Assembly (NCBI GenBank): GCA_015486615.1
Contig: WFRI01000090.1
Coordinates: 1,608 to 65,607, forward strand
Origin: Candidatus Omnitrophota bacterium
GTDB lineage: Bacteria > Omnitrophota > Gorgyraeia > Duberdicusellales > Duberdicusellaceae
Direction: 5' to 3'
Length of the DNA: 64,000 nucleotides
In this document: piece after piece, positions 50,012 through 59,379 of the stretch
How positions within the stretch are numbered: position 1 is the first letter of the stretch
How the letters are laid out: each line of letters starts with the position of its first letter
The notes under the pieces: generated by a model
What the model was told of the DNA's origin: nothing
Seen by the model: only the letters and a program-made list of their open reading frames with translations
Database searches by the model: none
Translations under genes and position numbers: made by a program

Positions 50012-50339
50012 GCAGGGTGTAAAAGACAATAAAAAACTTGCATTATTGCCAATGTATGTATAATAAATACCGGAGTGTTTTTTGAGTTTTTGGATTTTGG
50101 GGAGTTTTTGACTAACAAGCATATTTCCGCTTTTCGCACTTGCCCTGCTCTGCTGTATGTCCTGCGAATTCCCCCGATGTTGAGATTAAATACTTAAATG
50201 CATTTAAAAACATATTGTTGAATATATCTGCGTCTTGCGGGGAAGTTGTAAGTTTTTTAGAAAGGAGGAATTGTATGAGTGGTTGATGTGTAATATGGGG
50301 AGAATTTTAGCGATAACAATATTCAGAAAGGAAAGAAAA

Positions 50340-50654
50340 ATGGAAGAAAAAAACAAAGTTTATGTGGGCAATTTAGAGTATGGTGTAACTGAAGAAAGTT
50401 TAAAAGAAGCGTTTGAGTCTAAAGGTATCCAGATCAGCGAGGCAAAAATTATCAAAGATAAATTTACCGGCAAGTCTAAAGGCTTTGGTTTTGTGGAAGT
50501 GCCTTCGGAAGAGGATATTCAAAAAGCCATAGATGGTTTGGACGGCCAGGATTTAAACGGCCGTAAATTAAAGGTCAGCAAGGCACGCAGGCCCAGGTCA
50601 AATTTTGACCGGCCTAACAGAGGCATGCATTCTGGTAACAGGTTTGGCTATTAA
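50340..50654 (+). CDS. RRM-type RNA-binding protein with a Gly/Arg tail
   Basis: RNP2 VYVGNL and RNP1 KGFGFVEV motifs; the start is taken at MEEKNKVYVGNL. Confidence 0.8.
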   Translation: MEEKNKVYVGNLEYGVTEESLKEAFESKGIQISEAKIIKDKFTGKSKGFGFVEVPSEEDIQKAIDGLDGQDLNGRKLKVSKARRPRSNFDRPNRGMHSGNRFGY

Positions 50655-50675
50655 TTAAAATTGCCGGCGGAAAGC

Positions 50676-50706
50676 AAAAAGGGCGGTTTATCCGCCCTTT
50701 TTATTT
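50676..50706 (+). terminator. Rho-independent terminator (GGGCGG-TTTAT-CCGCCC followed by a T-tract)
   Basis: Perfect 6-bp GC stem followed by TTTTTATTT, immediately after the RRM gene stop. Confidence 0.7.
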
Positions 50707-50819
50707 CTTGACAAAGAACCGACAGTGATTATAATCTCTCTGTGATTTTATCCTGCGTTCCCCTTTTAATTTAGCAGACGGGATCACTGACAGTTCAGAG
50801 ATAATTTTATTATTTTTTT

Positions 50820-51950
50820 ATGCCTAACAAGATATTAAAATCCAGTGCCCGGGTTCTGTCTGTTTTATTCTTTCTTTATACATTTTTAGTCAGCATCGGC
50901 CTTATGGCCGCGGCTTTTAAAGGCTTTGGCCGGGAATTTGCCGGGAATTTGCTGAATACTACCTCTAACCCTTTTGCCGGGCTTTTTATAGGTATTCTTG
51001 CTACAAGCATTGTCCAAAGTTCTTCAACTATAACTTCTATTGTTGTGGGTATGGTTGGCTCAGGAGTTATGACAATACCTAATGCTGTGCCTATTGTTAT
51101 GGGTGCTAATATAGGCACTACGGTTACCAACACTTTAGTGTCTCTGGGTCATGTAACCAGGCGGGAAGAATTCAGAAGAGCGGTAAGCGGGGCTACTGTC
51201 CATGATTTCTTTAACATAATGTGCGTATTAGTAATGTTTCCTTTGGAAATTACCACGCATTTTTTAAGCAAAGCCGCCTCTTTTATGAGCGGGTTGTTTG
51301 CTAATATTGGAGGCATAAAGTTTACCAGCCCTATTAAACTTGCGACTAAGCCGGCTGTCCATTGGTTAAAAGATGCAGTGTTAAAGATTTGCTCTTTTTC
51401 TGCGCATTTTGGCTATGGAGTAGTTTTGGGTTTTTCTGTAGTCCTGCTTTTTTTGTCTTTATATTTTATCGTCCGGATAATGCGGTCAGTTGTTGCTTCC
51501 CGGGCAGAGATTGTAATTAACAATGTAGTAGGCCAGGCCGGAGTTTTGGGAATCTTTGCGGGTTTTTTGTTTACGGTTTTTGTCCAAAGCAGTTCTATAA
51601 CTACCTCTTTACTTGTGCCTTTGGTTGCCGCAGGAATACTTACAGTAGAGACGATATTTCCGATTACTTTAGGTGCAAACATAGGCACAACAACTACAGC
51701 AATACTTGCCTCGTTTGCTACGGGAAATTTGTCCGCAGTAACAATAGCGTTTGTCCACTTCTTGTTTAATTTTATCGGAGTAATTTTTATTTACCCGTCT
51801 AAGTTCCTCAGAAATATTCCTATAAGCCTTGCGAAAGGCCTGGGTAATTTAGCTTTCAAAAAGAGGAGGATTGCCATCCTTTATGTGTTAAGCGTGTTTT
51901 TTTTACTGCCGTTTATATTGATTTTTATTTCCAATATGTTGAAGAAATGA
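50820..51950 (+). CDS. Na+/phosphate cotransporter (NptA-like, Na_Pi_cotrans repeats)
   Basis: Duplicated GANIGTTVTN / GANIGTTTTA motifs. Confidence 0.75.
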   Translation: MPNKILKSSARVLSVLFFLYTFLVSIGLMAAAFKGFGREFAGNLLNTTSNPFAGLFIGILATSIVQSSSTITSIVVGMVGSGVMTIPNAVPIVMGANIGTTVTNTLVSLGHVTRREEFRRAVSGATVHDFFNIMCVLVMFPLEITTHFLSKAASFMSGLFANIGGIKFTSPIKLATKPAVHWLKDAVLKICSFSAHFGYGVVLGFSVVLLFLSLYFIVRIMRSVVASRAEIVINNVVGQAGVLGIFAGFLFTVFVQSSSITTSLLVPLVAAGILTVETIFPITLGANIGTTTTAILASFATGNLSAVTIAFVHFLFNFIGVIFIYPSKFLRNIPISLAKGLGNLAFKKRRIAILYVLSVFFLLPFILIFISNMLKK

Positions 51951-51980
51951 CGATAAAGGCTTTTAAATCAGGGGGCGGGT

Positions 51981-52658
51981 ATGTTTAAAAATCTCTTACA
52001 GTTTTGGAAAGGCAAAGATTTTTTAACGCAGGTTTTAGAGCAGTTTAAGCAAATGCTGGACGATTCTCAGATTATGTTTGAGGCGGTCTGCCGCCGGATT
52101 ATTGATAACCAAAAGGAAGAGGGTCTGGAAGAAAAGATTTACTCTATAGACAAGAGTATTAATGACCTGGAAAGGAATATCCGGAAAAGAATTATTGAAC
52201 ATCTTTCTGTTCAGCCCTCGGTAGATATGTCCACGTCTTTGCTCCTTATGAGCGTGGTAAAAGACGCTGAAAGGCTTGGGGATTATGCAAAAAATTTATC
52301 AGAGATATCCCGTCTTTTAACTGCGCCTTTAGATAAAGAGAAATATACCCGGTTGTTTGGTCATGCGGAGGATAAGATAAAAGCCTTGTTTGCCTGTGCG
52401 AAGGATGCTTTTATTGAGATTGATGAAAACAAAGCGTCTCAGGCGTGGGAATATGAAAGGGAAGTAGTGCGGCGCTGCGATTCGATTGTTGAGCATCTTG
52501 CCAAAAGCGATTTTTCAGTTAATGAGGCTGTATGTATGGCGCTTATGGCGAGGTATTTCAAGCGGATAGCCGCTCATCTTACTAACATCGCTACTTCAGT
52601 AGTTGTCCCTTTAAGCGACCTTGATTATTATAATGACAAAAGAGAGAAAAATCCTTAA
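51981..52658 (+). CDS. PhoU-domain protein
   Basis: 225 aa helical protein downstream of the Na/Pi cotransporter, an arrangement typical of PhoU-like regulators. Confidence 0.5.
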   Translation: MFKNLLQFWKGKDFLTQVLEQFKQMLDDSQIMFEAVCRRIIDNQKEEGLEEKIYSIDKSINDLERNIRKRIIEHLSVQPSVDMSTSLLLMSVVKDAERLGDYAKNLSEISRLLTAPLDKEKYTRLFGHAEDKIKALFACAKDAFIEIDENKASQAWEYEREVVRRCDSIVEHLAKSDFSVNEAVCMALMARYFKRIAAHLTNIATSVVVPLSDLDYYNDKREKNP

Positions 52659-52889
52659 AGACCTTTCTATTCAGCGCACAGGAGCGTTTTTTGCCTTTTG
52701 GCGGTTAGACAGTATTTGCTGTCAACCCTGAGCGGCCGAAGGAAAGTCCTGAGATTGTCAAAGGACAAAGTCGAAAGGTTGATTTATCCTAATAATTCCC
52801 TGCGGCTTGCCGCAGGGTTTTCATTTTATTGGTGGATACCGGGCGTTCGTTCAGAAAGAGCGCTCAGAAAAAAAGAAGTCAGGTAAATA

Positions 52890-53603
52890 ATGCTGTCCAT
52901 AAAAAACCTTTCAGTTAAAGCCGGCAAAAACTTAATTCTTCAGAATATAAATTTAGATATCGGTAAAAATGAGGTTATGGTTTTATTCGGGCCTAATGGC
53001 AGCGGCAAGTCTACGCTTTTACGGAGCATTATGGGATTTAACGGGTATCAGATTGTTTCCGGAGGGATTATTTTTAAAGGCCGGCCTTTGAAAAACCTTT
53101 CTGTTGAAACCCGGGTAAAACAGGGATTAGGAATTATGTATCAGTCTCCGCCAAAAATAAGAGGAGTGAAATTGTCCCAGATTGCAGATTTTCTCTGTCC
53201 GGATAAAGCCAAGATTTGTAAGTTAGCGGAAATATTGGCGTTAACCCAGCACTTATCCCGGGATATAAACGTTGATTTTTCCGGCGGGGAGATGAAGCGG
53301 GCAGAGATATTCCAGTTAATTCTGCAAAATCCTGATATGCTGCTTTTAGACGAGCCTGAGTCTGGAGTTGATTTAGAAAATATTTCCCTTATGGGCGGGG
53401 TTTTGAATGGCTTCTTGCAGCAAGAAGGCAAGTCTGCTTTGATTATTACCCATACTGGTTATATTTTAGACTATGTTCCGGCAGAAAAAGGCTGTATAAT
53501 GCTGGATGGGAAGATTTGGTGTTTAGGAAGCCCTAAAGAAATGTTTGAGAATATCCGGTCAAAAGGTTATGAAAAATGCAGGGAGTGCACCTTTCGTGGA
53601 TAA
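52890..53603 (+). CDS. sufC: Fe-S cluster assembly ATPase SufC
   Basis: GPNGSGKSTLL, FSGGEMKR, LLLDEPESGVD and HTGYILDYV motifs; 237 aa. Confidence 0.8.
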   Translation: MLSIKNLSVKAGKNLILQNINLDIGKNEVMVLFGPNGSGKSTLLRSIMGFNGYQIVSGGIIFKGRPLKNLSVETRVKQGLGIMYQSPPKIRGVKLSQIADFLCPDKAKICKLAEILALTQHLSRDINVDFSGGEMKRAEIFQLILQNPDMLLLDEPESGVDLENISLMGGVLNGFLQQEGKSALIITHTGYILDYVPAEKGCIMLDGKIWCLGSPKEMFENIRSKGYEKCRECTFRG

Positions 53604-54687
53604 AAGATTAAACGTTTCCGCTTCTGATAAGGATAAAATAATTTCTGCGGGGATAGACTGGTCGCAGGAGCAGCGTTCCGGAAGTTTTTTTCAGCAGGGC
53701 GCAGACGTTTTGTTTTCACAGTCCTTTACTAAAGAGGCGGAAATTTTAAGTACGGACCGGGCTTTGGAGAAATTCCCGGAAGTTAGAAAATATAAAGGCC
53801 GGGCGTTTTCTTTAATCAGCAAAAGCATTCCCGGAGATACCCAAGGCGGGTATTTTATCCGAGTGAGAAAAGGCCGGACAGTGGAATTGCCTATACAGGC
53901 CTGTTTATTTATTAAAAGTAAAAAGACCCGGCAGAGGGTTCACAACATAATTATTGTTGAAGAAGGAGCAAGGGTTTACATTATTACCGGATGCGCTTCG
54001 GCTGAATCTGCCGATAAAAGTTTTCATTTAGGGCTGTCCGAGTTTTTTGTAGAAAAGGGCGGGTATTTGAATTTTACTATGATTCATTCCTGGAAGGATG
54101 ACACAGTTGCCCGGCCTGTAAGTGCGGCTGTTTTGGAAGAAGGGGCGTCTTTTGTGTCTAACTACATTTGCCTAAAGCCAGTTAGGGAAATTAAAATGTA
54201 TCCCGTTGCTGTTATTCAGGGCAGGGGCGCCCGGGCAAGTTTTAATTCTTTATTAATGGCTCATCCCGGCTCAGTGCAGGATGTCGGTGCCAGAGTTATT
54301 TTTCGGCGGGCCGGCCGCGCCGAAATTATTTCCCGGGCAGTAAGTTTAGGCGGCAGAATAATAGCCCGCGGCCATTTGAAAGCAGAAGCGGAAAAAGTCA
54401 GGGCTCATTTGGAATGCCGGGGTTTGGTTCTGGCAAAAAAAGGCGTAATTCACGCTGTCCCGGAGCTGGAGACAGAGTTTCAGAATGTAGATTTGTCTCA
54501 TGAGGCTGCCATTGGAAAAATAAGCCGTGAAGAAATAGAATACCTTTGTTCCCGAGGGCTTTCACAGCAACAGGCTCAGTCAGTAATTATCCGCGGTTTT
54601 ATGGATATAGAGATTTTGTCCCTTCCGGAAATTATTAAACAGCAAATCCGGGATTTGGAAAATACTAACTTTCAGGGCTCTCTTTGA
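53545..54687 (+). CDS. SufB/SufD-family Fe-S assembly protein
   Basis: C-terminal SufBD beta-helix region with SHEAAIGKI; the start is probably the internal MKNAG. Confidence 0.75.
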   Translation: MRISGQKVMKNAGSAPFVDKRLNVSASDKDKIISAGIDWSQEQRSGSFFQQGADVLFSQSFTKEAEILSTDRALEKFPEVRKYKGRAFSLISKSIPGDTQGGYFIRVRKGRTVELPIQACLFIKSKKTRQRVHNIIIVEEGARVYIITGCASAESADKSFHLGLSEFFVEKGGYLNFTMIHSWKDDTVARPVSAAVLEEGASFVSNYICLKPVREIKMYPVAVIQGRGARASFNSLLMAHPGSVQDVGARVIFRRAGRAEIISRAVSLGGRIIARGHLKAEAEKVRAHLECRGLVLAKKGVIHAVPELETEFQNVDLSHEAAIGKISREEIEYLCSRGLSQQQAQSVIIRGFMDIEILSLPEIIKQQIRDLENTNFQGSL

Positions 54688-54765
54688 TTTTAGCATTCCT
54701 TCTAACTTATCAACTTAAATTTAAACTGGTGCCTGTTGTTTTGGTGGCTATGTGTTCTTAGTCTC

Positions 54766-54787
54766 AACCTAAACCTTCACCTCGACC
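54766..54787. repeat. Family-1 partial copy AACCTAAACCTTCACCTCGACC
   Basis: Matches the right arm plus the reverse complement of the GGTCGAGG core of the 8036 copy. Lies in the sufBD / beta-PGM fusion intergenic region. Confidence 0.4.
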
Positions 54788-54949
54788 TTGACTCGCTCCT
54801 ATGGCCTTGAGCCTATATCTTTAACCTGTGCAACTTTTTGAGACAGTCTCATTTTGTCGCAGAACATTTTTTCTGGCGGAATCCGGTTTTTTCTGTATAA
54901 TAAAATCAGCATATTTTTATGTAAGTATTGCTTAAAAGCAAGGAGGTGT

Positions 54950-56572
54950 ATGGAAAGGTTGTTACGAGCTGTTATTTTTGATTTAGACGGGGTTGTTACC
55001 AAAACTGCTATTGTGCATTTTTATGCATGGAAAGCCGTTTTTGAGGAATATTTGCGCTTGCGGGAAAAGGAAGGCCGCGGGCCTTTCCGGGAATTTACTC
55101 ACGAAAAAGATTATCTGCCTTATGTTGACGGCAAGCCCCGCTATGAAGGAGTAAAAAGTTTTCTTGAGTCGCGTAATATCCGTCTGCCTTTTGGCAGTCC
55201 TTCAGACCCTCCGGATAAAGAAACAGTTTGCGGAATAGGCAACAGGAAGAATATCCAGTTTAGAAAAGTCCTGCAGGAAAAAGGTGTGGAAGTTTACCCT
55301 TCTACTGTTGAGTTTATCAGAAAATTAAAAGAAAAAGGGATAAAAATCGGGGTTGCCTCTTCTTCTAAAAACTGCCGGTATATTCTTCAGGCCGCCGGAA
55401 TAGAAGACTTATTTGAGACCCGGGTTGATGGGGTTGTATCAGTTGAACTGGGGCTTAAAGGTAAACCTGAAGGCGATATTTTTGTCCGGGCAGCGTTTAA
55501 TTTGGGGGTTTTGCCTAAGAACGCTGTGGTTGTAGAAGATGCTGCTTCCGGAGTAGAAGCAGGCAGAAACGGAGGTTTTGGCCTGGTTTTGGGCGTTGCC
55601 CGTAAAGGCAATGAAGACTCTCTGTTTAAACATTATGCAGATGTTGTGGTGCGGGATTTGGCTGATATTGACATTGCCTGGATTGAGAATTGGTTTTTAA
55701 AAGAACCTGCTGATTTTTTTGAATATTGGCAAAAAACCCCCGGTAGTATATCTATCTATGGCAGGGAAGTTTCTCTATCTGAGAGAGTTAAGGTTAACCC
55801 TGCTTATTTCAAGCGAACCAGCGAAGTATTTTCTTCTTCGGCAAAACCCGTATTCTTCTTAGATTATGACGGGACGTTGACTCCCATAGTTTCCCGGCCG
55901 GAATTGGCTGTTTTGTCTTCAGAGATGAAAGATATTCTTAAACATCTGTGCAAAAAATATCCCGTGGCTATAGTCAGCGGCAGGGCGAGGCCGGATGTGG
56001 AGAATTTAGCCGGCATTGAGGGCATTTTTTATGCCGGCAGCCACGGTTTTGATATTAAAGGTCCGGAAGTTTCTTTAATTCATCCGGATGCTGAGAAGAT
56101 AATACCTTTGATCCGGCAGGTGGTGAGTGAAGTTAACCCGGCTGTATCCGGCATAGAGGGAGTAATTATTGAGGAAAAGCAATTTAGCCTTGCTGTGCAT
56201 TACCGCCTGGTAAAAAATCCTGAAGATTTTAGCCGAATAAAAACAGCAGTAGAAACCGCTGTTGCCGGGAAGAAAGAACTGCGGCTTATGCAGGGCAAAA
56301 AAGTTTACGAGATTCTTCCTAATGTGGATTGGAATAAAGGCAAGGCTGTGTGCTGGATAATGCAGGCGTTGAATTTGTCCTGGGACAATGATTTGATTGT
56401 GTATATCGGCGATGATACTACGGACGAAGACGCTTTTAGGATTGTGCGCTGCAGAGGTGTGGGGATTTTGGTGGCAGAAGAAATTAGGCCTTCCTGTGCT
56501 GATTTTTGGGTCAGATCTCCGGATGAAATAGGAAAGATTTTTAAAGCGGTCTTAAACAATAATAATGGCTGA
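54950..56572 (+). CDS. Fusion protein: beta-phosphoglucomutase-like HAD domain plus trehalose-6-phosphate phosphatase-like domain
   Basis: The N-terminus has AVIFDLDGVV (HAD motif I) and VEDAASGVEAG (beta-PGM-like). The C-terminus has FFLDYDGTLTPIV and YIGDDTTDEDAF (T6PP/OtsB-like). Confidence 0.65.
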   Translation: MERLLRAVIFDLDGVVTKTAIVHFYAWKAVFEEYLRLREKEGRGPFREFTHEKDYLPYVDGKPRYEGVKSFLESRNIRLPFGSPSDPPDKETVCGIGNRKNIQFRKVLQEKGVEVYPSTVEFIRKLKEKGIKIGVASSSKNCRYILQAAGIEDLFETRVDGVVSVELGLKGKPEGDIFVRAAFNLGVLPKNAVVVEDAASGVEAGRNGGFGLVLGVARKGNEDSLFKHYADVVVRDLADIDIAWIENWFLKEPADFFEYWQKTPGSISIYGREVSLSERVKVNPAYFKRTSEVFSSSAKPVFFLDYDGTLTPIVSRPELAVLSSEMKDILKHLCKKYPVAIVSGRARPDVENLAGIEGIFYAGSHGFDIKGPEVSLIHPDAEKIIPLIRQVVSEVNPAVSGIEGVIIEEKQFSLAVHYRLVKNPEDFSRIKTAVETAVAGKKELRLMQGKKVYEILPNVDWNKGKAVCWIMQALNLSWDNDLIVYIGDDTTDEDAFRIVRCRGVGILVAEEIRPSCADFWVRSPDEIGKIFKAVLNNNNG

Positions 56573-58976
56573 CCATTTTTCCTGGAAACTTACTTATTAC
56601 GGATTTGACCCTTCAGAAGAAGGCTTAAGAGAGGCTTTATGCACTTTAGCCAACGGTTATATGGGGGTGCGGGGCGCTGCCTACGAGTCTGCGGCTTCAA
56701 AGATACATTACCCTGCTGTTTATATCGCAGGAGTATATAATAAACTGGCTACGCATATTGCCGGCAAAATAGTTTACAATGAAGATTTAGTCAATTGTCC
56801 TAATTGGACTTTTATCCGTTTTAAGGCCGGTGAGGGGGAATATATTTGCCCTTCTTCAACCCGTCTGCTTATGTACCGCCAGGAATTGAATATGTTAGAA
56901 GGAGTTTTATCGCGAAGGGTCCGGGTTCAAGACAAACACGGCCGCAGGACATTAATAGAAACTCAGCGTATAGTCAGTATGGCCAGTCCCCATTTAGCGG
57001 CCCTCAGGTATGTGATTACTCCGGAAAATTACAACGGCTGGATAACTGTCCAGTCTTTGCTGGACGGAGCAGTTATTAACTCCGGAGTAGAAAGGTATAG
57101 ACAGTTAAATTCCAAACACCTTGTTCCGGTATCTTTGGGGAATTTCAGCAAGAACGGGATATACTTAATAGTCAGGACTAACCAGTCAAAAATTGAGGTT
57201 GCTCAGTCTGCGCGGCTGAGGGTGTTTGTTGAAGGAGAAGAAAAGAAACCTTCTATCCATACTATTACCCGCGGCAGGGAGAGAATAGAACAGAGTTTTA
57301 AGATGTTTGTGGTCAAAGGCCGTTCTTATGCTGTAGAGAAAACAGTGGCTGTTTATACCAGCCGGGACAAAGGTATAAAATCTCCGGCGAATTCGTCTAT
57401 AGGAGACTTAAAGAAACCTCAACGGTTTATTAATATTTACAAAGAGCATATTTCTGCATGGGAAGACTTATGGCGCAAAGCCGATATAAAAATAGACGGT
57501 GATATTTTTGCCCAGAAGGCGGTGCGTCTGCATATTTTTCACATTTTGCAGACTGCCTCGCCGCATATTAGCCAAATAGATGCAGGTTTTCCTGCCCGGG
57601 GCCTGCATGGCGAGGCATACCGCGGCCATATTTTCTGGGATGAAGTTTACGCTATGCCGTTTTTTGACTACCATTTTCCGGAAATAAGTAAAGCGTTGCT
57701 ATTATATAGGTATAGGCGGCTGGTTAAAGCGCGGCAATATGCCCGTAAAAACGGGTATAAAGGTGCAATGTTTCCCTGGCAAAGTGCCTCAACCGGCGAA
57801 GAAGAGACCCAGATTCTTCACCTTAACCCGCTTTCCGGGGAATGGGGTCCGGATTACAGCCGTTACCAAAGACATGTTTCTTTTGCTATTGCTTATAATG
57901 TCTGGCAGTATTATTTTCATACTGAGGACAAAGATTTCCTCTGCCAATACGGCGCAGAAATGCTTTTATCAATTGCCAGATTCGCTGCCAGTTTGACTAT
58001 CTATGATCCAAAAACCAGCCGCTATCATACAGAAAAAGTTATGGGGCCTGATGAATTCCACGAAAAATATCCGGATTCAGAAACCCCTGGCCTAAAGGAC
58101 AATACTTATACCAATCTTTTAATAGTCTGGGTTTTACTGAAAGCCATGCAGGCCTTAAATATTATTCCAGATTCTTGCAAGAATAAACTTTTAAGAAAAT
58201 TAAATATCTCCCCGCAGGATTTAAGCCTTTGGCAGGATATAACTTATAAAATGAATATTCTTATTGATGAAAAAGGCATAATTGCTCAATTTCAGGGGTA
58301 TTTTGATTTGAAGGAACTGGACTGGAATAAATACCGCCAGCGCTATGAAAAGATAGAAAGGATGGACAGGATCCTTAAGGCTGAAGGTAAATCTCCGGAT
58401 GAATATAAGGTTTCCAAACAAGCAGATGCTTTAATGATTTTCTACCTGCTGCCTTTAAATGAAGTTCGGGATATTTTCAGGCGGCTGGGTTATTATTTAG
58501 ATAAGGATATTTTGAAAAGGAATTACGAGTATTATGTAAAAAGGACATCTCACGGTTCAAGTTTGAGCAAGGTTGTGCATTGCTACCTTGCGCAAATCCT
58601 TAAACGGCCCAAAGAAACTATAAAATGGCTTTTAGAAGTTTTACAGTCAGATATGTTTGATACCCAAGGCGGCACAACCCCTGAAGGTATTCATTCCGGG
58701 GTTATGGCTGGCTCTTTGGATATTATCAGCCGGGGGGTTGCCGGAATACAGGTTTTGGAAGACAGAATTAAAATAGAGCCGTTTTTGCCTAGGAAGTGGC
58801 AGGGTGTAAGTTTGAAGTTTTGTTATAAAGGCAGGTGGTTTTTTGTTTCTGTGCGGCATAAGCATATTAGCCTGTTTATCCAGGGCCGGCGCTATGAATT
58901 ATACAACATTCCTATATGGATAAACAACCGCCTGCATTATTTACTGCAGGGCAAAAGGTATAATTTTACCTATTAA
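56565..58976 (+). CDS. Glycoside hydrolase family 65 phosphorylase (trehalose/maltose/kojibiose-type)
   Basis: 803 aa; GH65 N-terminal beta-sandwich, (alpha/alpha)6 catalytic domain with the GEA/GHIFWDE region, and a C-terminal domain. Confidence 0.8.
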   Translation: MADHFSWKLTYYGFDPSEEGLREALCTLANGYMGVRGAAYESAASKIHYPAVYIAGVYNKLATHIAGKIVYNEDLVNCPNWTFIRFKAGEGEYICPSSTRLLMYRQELNMLEGVLSRRVRVQDKHGRRTLIETQRIVSMASPHLAALRYVITPENYNGWITVQSLLDGAVINSGVERYRQLNSKHLVPVSLGNFSKNGIYLIVRTNQSKIEVAQSARLRVFVEGEEKKPSIHTITRGRERIEQSFKMFVVKGRSYAVEKTVAVYTSRDKGIKSPANSSIGDLKKPQRFINIYKEHISAWEDLWRKADIKIDGDIFAQKAVRLHIFHILQTASPHISQIDAGFPARGLHGEAYRGHIFWDEVYAMPFFDYHFPEISKALLLYRYRRLVKARQYARKNGYKGAMFPWQSASTGEEETQILHLNPLSGEWGPDYSRYQRHVSFAIAYNVWQYYFHTEDKDFLCQYGAEMLLSIARFAASLTIYDPKTSRYHTEKVMGPDEFHEKYPDSETPGLKDNTYTNLLIVWVLLKAMQALNIIPDSCKNKLLRKLNISPQDLSLWQDITYKMNILIDEKGIIAQFQGYFDLKELDWNKYRQRYEKIERMDRILKAEGKSPDEYKVSKQADALMIFYLLPLNEVRDIFRRLGYYLDKDILKRNYEYYVKRTSHGSSLSKVVHCYLAQILKRPKETIKWLLEVLQSDMFDTQGGTTPEGIHSGVMAGSLDIISRGVAGIQVLEDRIKIEPFLPRKWQGVSLKFCYKGRWFFVSVRHKHISLFIQGRRYELYNIPIWINNRLHYLLQGKRYNFTY

Positions 58977-58980
58977 TTTA

Positions 58981-59379
58981 ATGGCAGGGCTGAGGAATAT
59001 ATTTAAAGCAGTTTTACTGCTGGTTTTGATTTTGCCGTGCCCGGCTTATTCCCAGCCGGCCGGCAAAATTGACATCCTGCCGGATTTCCAAAATAATATA
59101 CTGCATATAAAAATAAAACATTTAACCAGCAACCCTTTCAGGTATTATATAAGAATGGTAGATATTATTATTGACGATTTGCCTATGATAAGAAAGTTTT
59201 ACCTCAGCCAGCCAATAACCCGCGGCGGGTATGTTTATATAGATATACCGGTGGATAAATTAAGCCGGCATAAAACAGTTATTATCAAAGCCTATCCTAA
59301 ACAGGGAGTTATGAAAGAAAAAACCTTTAACCTGGACGATTTTAAAAAGTCCGGGCAGAAACCAGAGGAGGCAAAATGA
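58981..59379 (+). CDS. Hypothetical secreted protein
   Basis: Signal peptide LLLVLILPCPAYSQPAG; 132 aa. Confidence 0.35.
   Translation: MAGLRNIFKAVLLLVLILPCPAYSQPAGKIDILPDFQNNILHIKIKHLTSNPFRYYIRMVDIIIDDLPMIRKFYLSQPITRGGYVYIDIPVDKLSRHKTVIIKAYPKQGVMKEKTFNLDDFKKSGQKPEEAK

Noticed and set aside
52698-52886. 62-aa ORF upstream of sufC
   Set aside because: It has no SD and an Arg/Ser-rich product. The region is more plausibly the sufC leader. It contains a CCCTGCGGCTTGCCGCAGGG hairpin and an AGAGCGCTC palindrome that could be regulator sites, but I cannot assign them.
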